Shown in pieces: positions 29,178-39,236 of a DNA stretch of 64,000 nt. Origin of the DNA: Candidatus Micrarchaeota archaeon. Lineage in GTDB: Archaea; Micrarchaeota; Micrarchaeia; Micrarchaeales; CABMGC01. The stretch spans positions 45,929 through 109,928 of the forward strand of contig JAKAON010000001.1 of assembly GCA_021812185.1 (NCBI GenBank), written 5' to 3'. Position 1 is the stretch's first letter; each line of letters opens with the position of its first letter. A model generated the notes under the pieces. The model did not search any database and was not told the origin of the DNA. It was given only the letters and a program-made list of their open reading frames with translations. Both the position numbers and the translations under genes were made by a program.

Positions 29178-29987
29178 TCATACCCCGTGATGGTCCTCAG
29201 CACCTATGATCACTATGTTGTCCCTAGAATCCCTCAATACTTCGACACGGGTCCCATATAGTTCACTAAGGCGTTTTGAAGTTAAGACTTCTTCAGGAGT
29301 TCCCGTTGCAACCTTTCCGTTTGCTATGTATATTACCTTGTCAAGGAAGTGTATTAGCGGATTTATATCGTGTGCGACCAAAAACACAGTTACATTGCGC
29401 GAACGGACCACGTCGTCAACCACACGTACCAGATCTTTGGTGCGCTTGATATCTAAATTTGACAGAGGTTCATCAAGAAGCAGCATTTCTGGATTGCTTA
29501 CTAGTGCTTCTGCAAGGAATATCCTTTGGAGCTCTCCGCCAGATAGCGACCCAAGCGATTTGTTAGAGAGTTCCGCTGCGCCCACCGCGCTAAGTGCACC
29601 ATGGGCTGCCTCTTTCTCTTTCTGAGAGGATATGCTAAGCCCCCATCGATGCCCAGAGTATGCAAGGCGCACAAGCTCCACACATGCGATGTTGGTTTCG
29701 TTGTCTATTGTGTGGCGCTGCGGCACATATCCGATTTTAGAATTACCACGCGCAGGTTTGGAGCCAAATACGTTTAATGTGCCTTCTATTGGATTTTGCA
29801 GGCCCAGAAGCATTCGGAACATCGTTGTCTTGCCTGCTCCATTTGGACCAATGACTGCAACGAACTCGCCGCGATTAACGCTGAAATTTGCATTTTTCCA
29901 TACCTTTTTGTTTCCGTATCCCACAGTGAGATTTCTAGCGGCAACTATCTCGTTTCGTGCATCGTCAAGCTTTACTTTTGAATTCAT
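29178..29987 (-). CDS. Zn/Mn ABC transporter ATPase
   Basis: GPNGAGKT, IGYVPQ, LSGGELQR, LLLDEP. Confidence 0.93.
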   Translation of the reverse strand: MNSKVKLDDARNEIVAARNLTVGYGNKKVWKNANFSVNRGEFVAVIGPNGAGKTTMFRMLLGLQNPIEGTLNVFGSKPARGNSKIGYVPQRHTIDNETNIACVELVRLAYSGHRWGLSISSQKEKEAAHGALSAVGAAELSNKSLGSLSGGELQRIFLAEALVSNPEMLLLDEPLSNLDIKRTKDLVRVVDDVVRSRNVTVFLVAHDINPLIHFLDKVIYIANGKVATGTPEEVLTSKRLSELYGTRVEVLRDSRDNIVIIGAEDHHGV

Positions 29988-29991
29988 AGCA

Positions 29992-30981
29992 TCATGCTCT
30001 TTTCTTGTCAAGCTCGCTTTTATAGAGAGCATTTTGTAGATTTAACAGTTCCGAATTCATCCAGGTTTGATAAGAGGTGTTTGGAGGTTGTATAGTTTCT
30101 GTAACGCCCACTGCAGTTATATTGTTTTGTGCAGCTATCTGTTTCATCTGATCAGTCAGTGGAGTAATAGTTTGTTCATTGTATATAAGCACACTCACAT
30201 TTCCGCTCTCAAGTTGATTTTCAAAGACTGCAATACTTTGCGACGGCGGATCAACACCCTCGGAAACTGAATTCATAAATGATGGCGGCGATATCAAATC
30301 CAGCCCTGTGGCGTTTGCAAGGTATACTGACACGCTCTCCGTCGATGCGATCTTGGTCCCTGCAAATTGGCCCTTGATTTGCGCCATCTTCCCATCCACT
30401 TGTGCAAGAGATGCATTCAGTGCGGCATATCGCAGTGAATAGTATTTGGAGTTTTGTGGATCAGCTAAAACAAGGTCGCCGTACATTTGTTTTACTGTTG
30501 CATTGACATATTTTGGATTATACCACAGATGCGGATTCGTGCCGTTTTGGAGGCCTAATAGCGCCCCGACGTTTATTATTGTTCTGTTTGGATTATTGCT
30601 CGCTGAGGTTAATTTAAGCGCCCACTCGTCATATCCCACTCCATTGATTATCACTATATTTGCGTTGGATATTTCGCGTGCATCGTACGCGCTAGCTTCG
30701 TATTCGTGCGGATCGGCATTAGGATCTGTGACCATGCTGGTAACATTGCAGTGTATGCCGCATAATTGACTCATCAGACTCCCCCAAAAGTTTTCGGCAG
30801 CCACGATATGCAGCACTCTTGTATTAGTGCCCAATGCCTGACTACTGTTAGTCGAATAAGTATTATTGCTGTTGAGTTGAGCACTTGAACTTTGATATAC
30901 TGCATATGCGATTGCGAAGACAATGACTAACGCTAGCCCTATCAAAATATTATTTTTACTCTTCAATTTACCGCCGTCCAT
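29992..30981 (-). CDS. Zn/Mn ABC transporter substrate-binding protein
   Basis: VAAENFWG, DPHEYE, NPHLWY (cluster A-I metal-binding protein). Confidence 0.92.
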   Translation of the reverse strand: MDGGKLKSKNNILIGLALVIVFAIAYAVYQSSSAQLNSNNTYSTNSSQALGTNTRVLHIVAAENFWGSLMSQLCGIHCNVTSMVTDPNADPHEYEASAYDAREISNANIVIINGVGYDEWALKLTSASNNPNRTIINVGALLGLQNGTNPHLWYNPKYVNATVKQMYGDLVLADPQNSKYYSLRYAALNASLAQVDGKMAQIKGQFAGTKIASTESVSVYLANATGLDLISPPSFMNSVSEGVDPPSQSIAVFENQLESGNVSVLIYNEQTITPLTDQMKQIAAQNNITAVGVTETIQPPNTSYQTWMNSELLNLQNALYKSELDKKRA

Positions 30982-31098
30982 TATTAACTGAGTAGTTATA
31001 ACCATATATTGTTATTAACTTTTAAAGCTTTTGTTAATAATTTTTTATTTGTGTAGCAAGTGCTAGATGTTCTCGAAACAGCAGGTTTTAGACATCTA

Positions 31099-31566
31099 CT
31101 ACTTTTTCTTTCCGCGTATCTTTGATGCAAGTCTCTTAAGTTTTGACATTTCGGCAGTCGGACCTAGTTGTGTGGATATGAAACCAGTATATTTGGGGTA
31201 AAATACTTTTTTATGTGAAACCACTTCCCTGAATTTCGCATCGAGTCCATGCAGAGGGTAAAGTTTTATGTGTACATGATTGACACCCAAGCCCTCCATG
31301 ACCATTGCCACCCTTTTTACCCCAAGTCCTTTTTCAAGCAACTTTGCAACTTTCTTTGCTGCGAGCATTAGATTTACGTAATCTTTTTCTGGCATATCGA
31401 ATGAATACGAATGGTGATGCTTCTTTGGTATAACAAGCGTCATGCCGAGTGTGTTTGGATTGAGGTCCAAAAATGCCATAAAGCTTTTATCCTCCCAGAT
31501 CTTTGCGGATTGCACTTCTCCGCTTGATATTTTGCAGAATATATCTGCATCTTGTTTGTTTTGCAT
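31099..31566 (-). CDS. HIT family protein
   Basis: IFCKI, FLDLNP..GMTLVIPKKH, HVHIK variant of the triad. Confidence 0.88.
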   Translation of the reverse strand: MQNKQDADIFCKISSGEVQSAKIWEDKSFMAFLDLNPNTLGMTLVIPKKHHHSYSFDMPEKDYVNLMLAAKKVAKLLEKGLGVKRVAMVMEGLGVNHVHIKLYPLHGLDAKFREVVSHKKVFYPKYTGFISTQLGPTAEMSKLKRLASKIRGKKK

Positions 31567-31737
31567 GGTTACACGTTAGGTTACCAGTTCGTGCCGCGGA
31601 CAAATTTTTACTCCTGGTTATTCGTAGCCCATTATTTGCTCGTGCAAAATATTTAATTATGTATGTAGACTTGCGAACCAAATTTTGATAATGGATCGTT
31701 TTTTATATTTCTCTAGAAACATGATTGTAGTGATTGT

Positions 31738-32346
31738 ATGACAGGTATAGATATATTGACGAGCCAGCTCTTCGTGCTTGGGTTCATGGGACTTACAATA
31801 TGTTACATAACTATGCACAGCTACCTACTCTTTAGGAAGGGGAAGAAAAGCGACCCTAGCATGAGGGCAGGTGCCATACCGCTTGCGACGCTTGGAATTT
31901 ACGCATTTATAAGTGGATTATTTGGACAATTCACATGGCCGCTAAGCGGTGCGTATGATATACTGTATTATGATATATATCCACTGATAGGGCTTTTGTT
32001 TCTGGGATTTGCATGGTCCTTGCACAAGAGGCTCCAGCTACAATATGCCGGGTTCTTCGGCCTGCTTCTTGGGATAATGTCGGTATATTATGGGTATATG
32101 GGATATGCAGCCGGACTCTCTCAAGCCCCAATTGCAGTTTTGGGCCTCTTTTCGCTATTTGGCTTTGCAGGGATACTTGGATATCCAGTAACGCTTATGC
32201 TTGATCGTGCAGGCGAGGGCAACAAAAATAAATGGATGGGATGGAGAGTGATCATATTGGCATTTTGGATCCTGCTTATGTTAGGCAGCCTGCTTGCGAT
32301 TTACATAGCGATGATGGCCGTTCCAGCACATTTTCAGATCTTTTAG
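31738..32346 (+). CDS. DUF981-like membrane protein
   Basis: About 6 TM helices; FTWPLSGAYDILYYD resembles the DUF981 motif. Confidence 0.7.
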   Translation: MTGIDILTSQLFVLGFMGLTICYITMHSYLLFRKGKKSDPSMRAGAIPLATLGIYAFISGLFGQFTWPLSGAYDILYYDIYPLIGLLFLGFAWSLHKRLQLQYAGFFGLLLGIMSVYYGYMGYAAGLSQAPIAVLGLFSLFGFAGILGYPVTLMLDRAGEGNKNKWMGWRVIILAFWILLMLGSLLAIYIAMMAVPAHFQIF

Positions 32347-32358
32347 CGTTGAACTGAA

Positions 32359-32601
32359 ATGAGAATAATAGCTGGAAAGTATATGCACTTCAAGGGAAAG
32401 GAGTACGAAGTCCTAGGAGTGGCAAAACATAGCGAGACGCTTGAGGATTTTGTTGTTTACAAGGCATTATATGGAAAGAGAGAGATTTGGATAAGGCCGA
32501 AATCGATGTTTCTCGAAAAGGTATCTTGGAAGGGCAGGAGAATTCCGCGATTTAAACCCATGCTAAAAGGCTCAAATACAGAGAGCAAAGCGCACACGTG
32601 A
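32359..32601 (+). CDS. DUF1653 family protein
   Basis: GKYMHFKGKEYEV..AKHSET..VVYKALYG..WIRP..MF. Confidence 0.88.
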   Translation: MRIIAGKYMHFKGKEYEVLGVAKHSETLEDFVVYKALYGKREIWIRPKSMFLEKVSWKGRRIPRFKPMLKGSNTESKAHT

Positions 32602-32656
32602 AACTATACAAAGGTATATAAAAGTTCAATCTAATAGATTAGCATTGGTGTTTTAT

Positions 32657-33064
32657 ATGATAACCGATATCAGCATAAATAATGTAGAGGCTAAGAGACA
32701 GAGCAAGGACACAATAACAAACATGAAGTTTAACATAAACTTTGATAATGTTAAAGTCACCGGAGACATGGTGGAAGTTGCGTATACATTCGTAACCAAC
32801 TATGAGAGCGGGAGCCCTTCTGCCCCTAAGAGCGTTGGTGATCTCAAGATAGTCGGGTCGATATCCTCAAAAGAGGACAAGAGACAGCTTGAGAACATAG
32901 AGAAGACTTGGAAGGAGAAGAAGACCCTGCCACTTGACTTCGCGGAAAACGTGATAAACCTGCTTAACTTCGAATGCGGCGCAAGAGGAACGCTTGTTGC
33001 ATATTCAATAGGGTTTGTAGCACCGCTGCCACTGTCCAGAGCAAGGCTGCAAGAGAAGGAATAA
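32657..33064 (+). CDS. Hypothetical protein directly upstream of polB
   Basis: GGTG SD-like sequence; beta-rich N-terminal half, C-terminal IGFVAPLPL. Confidence 0.7.
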   Translation: MITDISINNVEAKRQSKDTITNMKFNINFDNVKVTGDMVEVAYTFVTNYESGSPSAPKSVGDLKIVGSISSKEDKRQLENIEKTWKEKKTLPLDFAENVINLLNFECGARGTLVAYSIGFVAPLPLSRARLQEKE

Positions 33065-33121
33065 AATAGTACCTTCTTTTTGGGATAGGATATTTTATTT
33101 TTCCCTTTATTATTTATCTTT

Positions 33122-35539
33122 ATGAGCACTTACGAGCTACGCGGCGTAATAACCGACATAGATTACACTATCAAAGACTCAAATACAGTAATAAGAATTG
33201 CGTTCAAGACGAACGAAGGGAGCAAAATCCTAAAGGATTACAACTTTCTCCCCTATTTTTATCTAGTGCCTCACAACAATGCACTTACCAAAGAATCGTT
33301 TGAATCTGTTAGGATTATAGGCGACAGAGGAGAGGAGATAACAGTAGAGAGGATCGATGAAGTCCGAAAAATGCTGGAGCAAAGCGAAGTTAGGGCATTT
33401 AGAGTGTATGCAAAGAACCCAAGATTCATCCCAAAACTCAGCGCAGCGCTCTCCGATTTTGGCAGATGCTACGAATATGATATCGTTTTTTGGAAGAGGT
33501 ATATAATAGACAGAGGCATTTCGCCGCTTTCTGCAATCAAGGCTACAGTGAGAGAGCAAGATGGCGAAATTTCCATAGAGCGTATTGAAAATGTGCAAGG
33601 GCAACTAGATGTAAAACTAAGCCACATATGCTTCGACATCGAGACATACAACCCGTTGGGAGTTCCCAGAATGGATAAAGATCCCACAATAATGATAAGC
33701 TATACAGATGGGGATAAAAGCGAGGTTTTTGCAACAAAGAAGATAAAGGAGAAATTCGTCAAAACATTCCATAGCGAGTCCGAAATGATAAAGGGGTTTG
33801 TTGAGGTCATAAATAACGCGGATGCCGATATCATAGTCGGATATAACTCATCCAACTTCGATCTTCCGTATTTACTTGAGAGGGGCAAAGTGAGCGGATC
33901 TGGTTTTGCGATTGGAAGATGGGATGGGGAGGTCAGGCAGGAGAGCCACGGCCTCATGCAGGCTTTCAAGATCCCAGGAAGAACTAACCTAGACATATAC
34001 AACGTGGCAAAATTCGTTTCTGTTGTTGGAGCGGCAGAGCAGTTGATAAAAGTAAATAGCTTCAAATTAGGAGATATCTACAACGCGGTGACAGGCAATA
34101 CTAAAGTAACTGTAGTCAAGACGAATATATGGCAGCTCTGGGACAACGAAGGCGAGGAGCTTGAGGAACTTGCGAGATACTCGTTGAGCGATGCGCTCTC
34201 TTTGGATGCGTTGTATGACTTCTTCTTGCCTCTTGAAATAGAGGTCGCGCGCGCAAGCGGGACCACACTTGGGGAAGCGGCAATATCGACTACCGGGCAG
34301 TTGGTTGAATTTGTGCTAATGAGATATGCCAACATTTACAATTATATAATACCGAACAAGCCAAGCGACAACGAGATACATGAGAGGACAGCCAACCCAT
34401 TCGAAGGAGCGTACGTGAAGACTCCAGAGGCAGGGATATATGAGAATATAGTGGTCTTCGACTTCCGCGGGTTATATCCGTCGATAATAATAGCGCACAA
34501 TATAGACAATTCTACATTGTGTACAGACTGTGAAGATGCGTTCGTTGCTCCGGACGGATCAAGATTTAGGAAGGATAGAAAGGGCGTCATGCCCATTGTG
34601 CTCAAGAAGCTAATAGATGAAAGAAACGAAGTTAAAAAGCTGCACAAGAAAAACCCGGATGATAAATCATTATCTGGAAGGTACCAGGCATTGAAGATAC
34701 TTGCAAACTCGTTCTACGGATACATGGGATATGCCCGTTCCCGATGGTACAATAGGAAATGCGCAGCAAGCGTGACTGCATACGGAAGGCAATTTATAAC
34801 AAAGGTCATCGATGATGCAGGAGCTGCAGGTTTCAATGTAATATATGGCGATACTGATTCTGTATTCCTTGCACTTGGAAATAAAACCAGGGATGATGCG
34901 ATGGCATTTCTTGCCAATGTGAACGGAAAACTGCCAGAGGGGATGGAACTTGAACTAGAGGACTTCTATTCGCGCGGGGTTTTTGTAGGAAAAAGGGGGA
35001 GCGAAGGAGGAGCAAAGAAGAAGTATGCGATGCTCTCCGAGTCGGGCAAGATAAAAATAAAGGGATTTGAATTGGTAAGAAGGGACTGGTCGAAGATTGC
35101 AAGAGACACCCAGCGTGCGGTCCTTGAAACCATACTCAAAGAAGGAGACAAGGACAAGGCAGCAAACATAGTCAAAGAGGTCGTTGAAAAATTAAAGGGA
35201 GGGAAGGTACCGTTTAGCGAACTTGCAATAAGCACGCAGCTAAAGAAAGGACTTGGCAAGTACGATATAAAATCCCCTGAAGTTGCAGCTGCCAGCAGGG
35301 CGGTGAAGGACGGATTCAAGAAAAAGAACGAAGTTGAGGGCGCGGTAATAAGCTTCGTCATAACCAAGGACGGAAATAGCATAAGCGACAGGGCGAGGAT
35401 AGTTGAGATGGCAGAAAATTATGACCCAGATTATTATATTAATCACCAGATAATACCATCGACTTTGAAGATACTCAAGGAACTAGGGTATAATGCGGAT
35501 GAGCTTAAGTCAAAGGGCTCGCAAAAGAAATTGGGATGA
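33122..35539 (+). CDS. polB: Family B DNA polymerase
   Basis: FDIET, YNSSNFD and YSLSD exonuclease motifs; DFRGLYPSII, KILANSFYGY, YGDTDS polymerase motifs. Confidence 0.97.
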   Translation: MSTYELRGVITDIDYTIKDSNTVIRIAFKTNEGSKILKDYNFLPYFYLVPHNNALTKESFESVRIIGDRGEEITVERIDEVRKMLEQSEVRAFRVYAKNPRFIPKLSAALSDFGRCYEYDIVFWKRYIIDRGISPLSAIKATVREQDGEISIERIENVQGQLDVKLSHICFDIETYNPLGVPRMDKDPTIMISYTDGDKSEVFATKKIKEKFVKTFHSESEMIKGFVEVINNADADIIVGYNSSNFDLPYLLERGKVSGSGFAIGRWDGEVRQESHGLMQAFKIPGRTNLDIYNVAKFVSVVGAAEQLIKVNSFKLGDIYNAVTGNTKVTVVKTNIWQLWDNEGEELEELARYSLSDALSLDALYDFFLPLEIEVARASGTTLGEAAISTTGQLVEFVLMRYANIYNYIIPNKPSDNEIHERTANPFEGAYVKTPEAGIYENIVVFDFRGLYPSIIIAHNIDNSTLCTDCEDAFVAPDGSRFRKDRKGVMPIVLKKLIDERNEVKKLHKKNPDDKSLSGRYQALKILANSFYGYMGYARSRWYNRKCAASVTAYGRQFITKVIDDAGAAGFNVIYGDTDSVFLALGNKTRDDAMAFLANVNGKLPEGMELELEDFYSRGVFVGKRGSEGGAKKKYAMLSESGKIKIKGFELVRRDWSKIARDTQRAVLETILKEGDKDKAANIVKEVVEKLKGGKVPFSELAISTQLKKGLGKYDIKSPEVAAASRAVKDGFKKKNEVEGAVISFVITKDGNSISDRARIVEMAENYDPDYYINHQIIPSTLKILKELGYNADELKSKGSQKKLG

Positions 35540-36447
35540 ATATCATGAACGAATTTGAATATGAAACTGACTTGAAGCTTTTAGGTGAAGTAGGGAGGGT
35601 GTCTAGGGACGCACTCGATTACTCGAAACATATGATAAAGCCGGAAATGAGCTTGCTTGAGATTGCAAGCAACATTGAGGATTTCATAGCCCAACGTGGA
35701 TGTTCGTACGCTTTTCCAACAAATCTCAGCATAAACGAACAGGCTGCGCACTATACCCCATCATATGACGATGATATGATAGTTAAAAATGGAGATATTT
35801 TAAAAGTGGATCTTGGTGCAAGAAGCGCAGACTGCATCACAGACTGTGCGATAACGATTAATGTAGGGAACGAACCTGACAAGATGATAGAAACATGCGA
35901 CAAGGCACTTGAAGCGGCAATAAGCAAGGTTCGCGCAGGGACAACGATGCAAGAGATTGGAAGGGTGGTTGATGATGTTGTTACCTTGGGCGGATTCACC
36001 ACGATAAAGAACCTTGGAGGGCACGGGGTTGCGAAAGGAGAACTTCATGCTGAGATATTCATACCAAACTATGACAACGGTGATGACACGCAGCTTGAAG
36101 AAGGGCAGGTAATAGCTGTAGAGGTATTCATAACCACAGGAAAGGGATATGTTAAGGAAGGTGAAGAAGTGCAGATATTCCAGAAGGCGCAGGGAATGCC
36201 TAGGATGAGAGAGATGAGGGAAATAGCACAGTTCATAGATGAGAATTACAGGACATATCCGTTTGCATTTAGGTGGCTCATGAAACAGTTTAATTCTGAA
36301 TTTCGGATAAAGGCCACGCTCAACGAATTGCTCAGGTCAGGAGCTCTGGAAACTTTCCCTGTCCTAGTTGATGATGGAGAGGGAATAGTGGCGCAAAGCG
36401 AGAAGACGGTGCTTGTTGAAAGGGATTCGTGCAAGATAATAACTTAG
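35536..36447 (+). CDS. map: Methionine aminopeptidase type II
   Basis: AFPTNLSINEQAAHYTP, KVDLG, DCAIT, NLGGH, EVF, QSEKT. Confidence 0.93.
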   Translation: MNIMNEFEYETDLKLLGEVGRVSRDALDYSKHMIKPEMSLLEIASNIEDFIAQRGCSYAFPTNLSINEQAAHYTPSYDDDMIVKNGDILKVDLGARSADCITDCAITINVGNEPDKMIETCDKALEAAISKVRAGTTMQEIGRVVDDVVTLGGFTTIKNLGGHGVAKGELHAEIFIPNYDNGDDTQLEEGQVIAVEVFITTGKGYVKEGEEVQIFQKAQGMPRMREMREIAQFIDENYRTYPFAFRWLMKQFNSEFRIKATLNELLRSGALETFPVLVDDGEGIVAQSEKTVLVERDSCKIIT

Positions 36448-37076
36448 TGCTTAGATTTTAGGTCTAAACCCTTCTTGCCCTGTTGGCTGCCGATAGATTG
36501 TATATTGGTATCCTCGGCCTTCTTGATTCCACGATTGTATGCTGCTTGGGTTATGAAGTACCCTATCACAATTGCGAGTATTACAAGTATTGCAAAGTTC
36601 TGCTCGTCTTTCCTGTTGCCCGCTATGCCTTTTACCATCTGCACTGATTGCTGGAATGTCTCAACGTACACTATTATGTTGAGAACTTCAAAGATCGTGT
36701 TTATCGCGGCTATTACTATAGACCATATATTCTTGGTCTTGGCGGCGATGATTATGGACTGTATTGTTATCATGAGTCCGAATCCGATTATCATGAGTCC
36801 GAATACAAGGGAGTCGAATCCGAGCACTGCGGTTGCAGTGGCTGGATCTATATATCCTAGATACGCCCCTACGTAACTGAGCACCACTAAAAGCACATAT
36901 GTTATGCCTGCGAAGGCAAGCCCCACTCCAGACCATGCAGCGGCGACAGTGAATCCAGAAGTATTTTGCTGCTTCCTTAGCATTCCGATGTTATAACCGC
37001 TGGCATATGCGTCCCAGATGGATATTCCAAAATCGAATATCAGTATCAATAATACCAAAATATCTGCAAATGCCAT
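36444..37076 (-). CDS. Hypothetical polytopic membrane protein
   Basis: About 5 hydrophobic helices; GGTGA SD upstream. Confidence 0.7.
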   Translation of the reverse strand: MAFADILVLLILIFDFGISIWDAYASGYNIGMLRKQQNTSGFTVAAAWSGVGLAFAGITYVLLVVLSYVGAYLGYIDPATATAVLGFDSLVFGLMIIGFGLMITIQSIIIAAKTKNIWSIVIAAINTIFEVLNIIVYVETFQQSVQMVKGIAGNRKDEQNFAILVILAIVIGYFITQAAYNRGIKKAEDTNIQSIGSQQGKKGLDLKSKH

Positions 37077-37091
37077 TTTAATTCACCAAAA

Positions 37092-37832
37092 TCAGTACGT
37101 GCTCACTTGGCTTAGCTCAACTCCGTTTCCAAGTTTCATTCTTGCTATCCTAATTTCCGTATTGACCTGCCTTGCCTCTTCGTGGCTACTTGTCACGAAT
37201 ATCACCTTCCTCATTTTCAGGACGTTTACGCCTACATTCAAGTCCGGATACACTTCGTTTAGACTGCTTGCCTGCAGTACATACGCTCCGCCGCGTTTGT
37301 CGTCCAGGGAAAGTTCGTACTTAACCGCACCTGGCTTCATTATGAATATCCTGTGTTCTCCGTCCTCAGGGATCTTTACCCTCTTTAGATCCACAAGTTC
37401 GGATATTATATCTACGCTGCTATCTAGGAATCCCCTTGCATATTCAGCTTGCACCTTGGGATTAATCCTTTCGAGTTCGCCTGTGTCTGAGAAAGCATGT
37501 TTCTCGAAAGGATCGACAAGCTGGCTCTTCATGTCACTGCTTATAGGCACTCCGTTCTTTAGGGCATCAAACACTAGACCCATGCCTTTGCACCCTTCAT
37601 TGTGTGGCATTATGACAAGGGCTTTTAGGTTGTAGTCCCTTGCTATGTCCTTAATGGATCCCTCAAATGCTTTGACCCCTGCACCGGCGTTCCTGAAAAC
37701 ATATGTCGTTATATTTTCACCGTATTCTCTCTTAAGCTCGCTTATCTTGCCATCTATCGCAAAATTCAGCCTCCAGTCCATGCATGAAACTATTGCCACA
37801 GCATCGCTGCTTTTCTTATTTTGTATTGCCAT
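37092..37832 (-). CDS. Beta-carbonic anhydrase-like protein (divergent)
   Basis: SCMDWR, RNAGA and PHNEGC zinc-ligand motifs. Confidence 0.65.
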   Translation of the reverse strand: MAIQNKKSSDAVAIVSCMDWRLNFAIDGKISELKREYGENITTYVFRNAGAGVKAFEGSIKDIARDYNLKALVIMPHNEGCKGMGLVFDALKNGVPISSDMKSQLVDPFEKHAFSDTGELERINPKVQAEYARGFLDSSVDIISELVDLKRVKIPEDGEHRIFIMKPGAVKYELSLDDKRGGAYVLQASSLNEVYPDLNVGVNVLKMRKVIFVTSSHEEARQVNTEIRIARMKLGNGVELSQVSTY

Positions 37833-37843
37833 TAAATCACACA

Positions 37844-39163
37844 TTAAGGTTCTAATCTATTCATCATCCTTGGAAATGGAATCGCATCGCGTATGTGCTC
37901 GAGATTGAGCATCCATTTTATCACACGTTCGGTGCCCATCCCAAATCCGCTATGAGGTATTGATCCATACCTCTTTAGATCCAGGTACCAGTAGTAATTC
38001 TTGGGATCAATCTTGAAGAGCTTCATTCTTTCCTCAAGCTCCTTTAAGTTCCATATCCTCTCGCTTGCCCCAATTATCTCGCCATGGCCATGAGGTGCTT
38101 CCATATCGGAACATAGCGCAAATTCAGGATCATCGGGATCCGCCCTCATATAGAACGCCTTTATCTTGGCAGGCCATTTGTATATGAATATGGGCTTGTC
38201 CTCCTTCTCAGTCAATATTCGCTCGTCTTCAGTGCCTATGTCATCGAGCCACTCTTTCTTCTCCCCATGCTTGTTTAGGTAATCAAGAGCGTCTGAGTAT
38301 GTAATTTTCTTGAAAGGGCCCTTCACTACGCCCAATGTCTTCTTATCGACGCCTAGCTTCTCAAGTAGCGCTTCTTGCTCCTTGGCAAGTCTTTGGCATA
38401 AATAGGATATCATATCCTCCTGAAGTTTCATGTTCTCCTCGTTTGAGTAGAATGCAGCCTCAGCTTCGAGATGCCAATACTCTGCAAGATGCTTTATTGT
38501 CCTTGATTTCTCTGCCCTAAAAGAAGGCACAAGCGAGTATACATTCTCAAGAGATGGCACAAGCGCCTCCAAATACAGTTGTGACGTCTGAGTCAAATAT
38601 GCTTTCTCCCCAAAATAGTCGAATCCGAACATGTCCGCGCCGCCTTCTCCTCCTGCCTTTGTTATAAGCGGGGGAGTTACTTCCCAAAATCCCTTCTGCT
38701 CGTAAAAGTCCCTCAAGTACCTGAAAACAATTGATCTCACTTTAAGTATCTGGTTCATCCTCTGGCTGCGGATCCACAGATGCCTTTTATCCAAAAGGAG
38801 CTCTGCACTTTGATATTCAGTTATAGGAAAAGGTTCTGATACGTGCATTGTGCTAAATTTATTTGCATCTATTTCAAATCCGGTTGGTGCCCTCTTGTCA
38901 GCCTTTATCGTGCCGCTTAGAGTTATGCTTGATTCTATTGTGGCCTTCTGTGCGTCCTCCCATGACTTTGCATCTACCTTGTCTTTTTTAACTGCAGCTT
39001 GTATTATGCCGGTGCTATCCCTCACCACTATGAATAATATGCCTCCGCTTCCCCTTTTCCTATGCACCCATCCTCGTATTTCGACTGCCTTTCCTTCAGA
39101 TTCCTTTTCTGCTTCCGAGATATGCATATATGCACCAGTTTGTTGAGCAAACGCACCGCTCAT
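37844..39163 (-). CDS. asnS: Asparaginyl-tRNA synthetase
   Basis: OB fold IRGWVHRKR, AYLTQTSQLYLE, FRAEKSRT..HLAEYWHLEAE, GEIIGASER, YGSIPHSGFGMGTER. Confidence 0.9.
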   Translation of the reverse strand: MSGAFAQQTGAYMHISEAEKESEGKAVEIRGWVHRKRGSGGILFIVVRDSTGIIQAAVKKDKVDAKSWEDAQKATIESSITLSGTIKADKRAPTGFEIDANKFSTMHVSEPFPITEYQSAELLLDKRHLWIRSQRMNQILKVRSIVFRYLRDFYEQKGFWEVTPPLITKAGGEGGADMFGFDYFGEKAYLTQTSQLYLEALVPSLENVYSLVPSFRAEKSRTIKHLAEYWHLEAEAAFYSNEENMKLQEDMISYLCQRLAKEQEALLEKLGVDKKTLGVVKGPFKKITYSDALDYLNKHGEKKEWLDDIGTEDERILTEKEDKPIFIYKWPAKIKAFYMRADPDDPEFALCSDMEAPHGHGEIIGASERIWNLKELEERMKLFKIDPKNYYWYLDLKRYGSIPHSGFGMGTERVIKWMLNLEHIRDAIPFPRMMNRLEP

Positions 39164-39236
39164 GCGTCGAATTTACTACGGTAGACTGATATCATTATAT
39201 ATCCAAATAGGTATAAATTCATATAGGGTAAACCGC

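Noticed and set aside
24341..32601. Integrated element (provirus or ICE) at tRNA-Thr
   Set aside because: No integrase, no viral or conjugation genes, and no repeat of the tRNA 3' end was seen in the window.
36767..36804. 17-nt direct repeat TTATCATGAGTCCGAAT with a 21-nt period
   Set aside because: Only two copies, in frame inside a TM helix (FGLMIIG FGLMITI); not a CRISPR array or attachment site.
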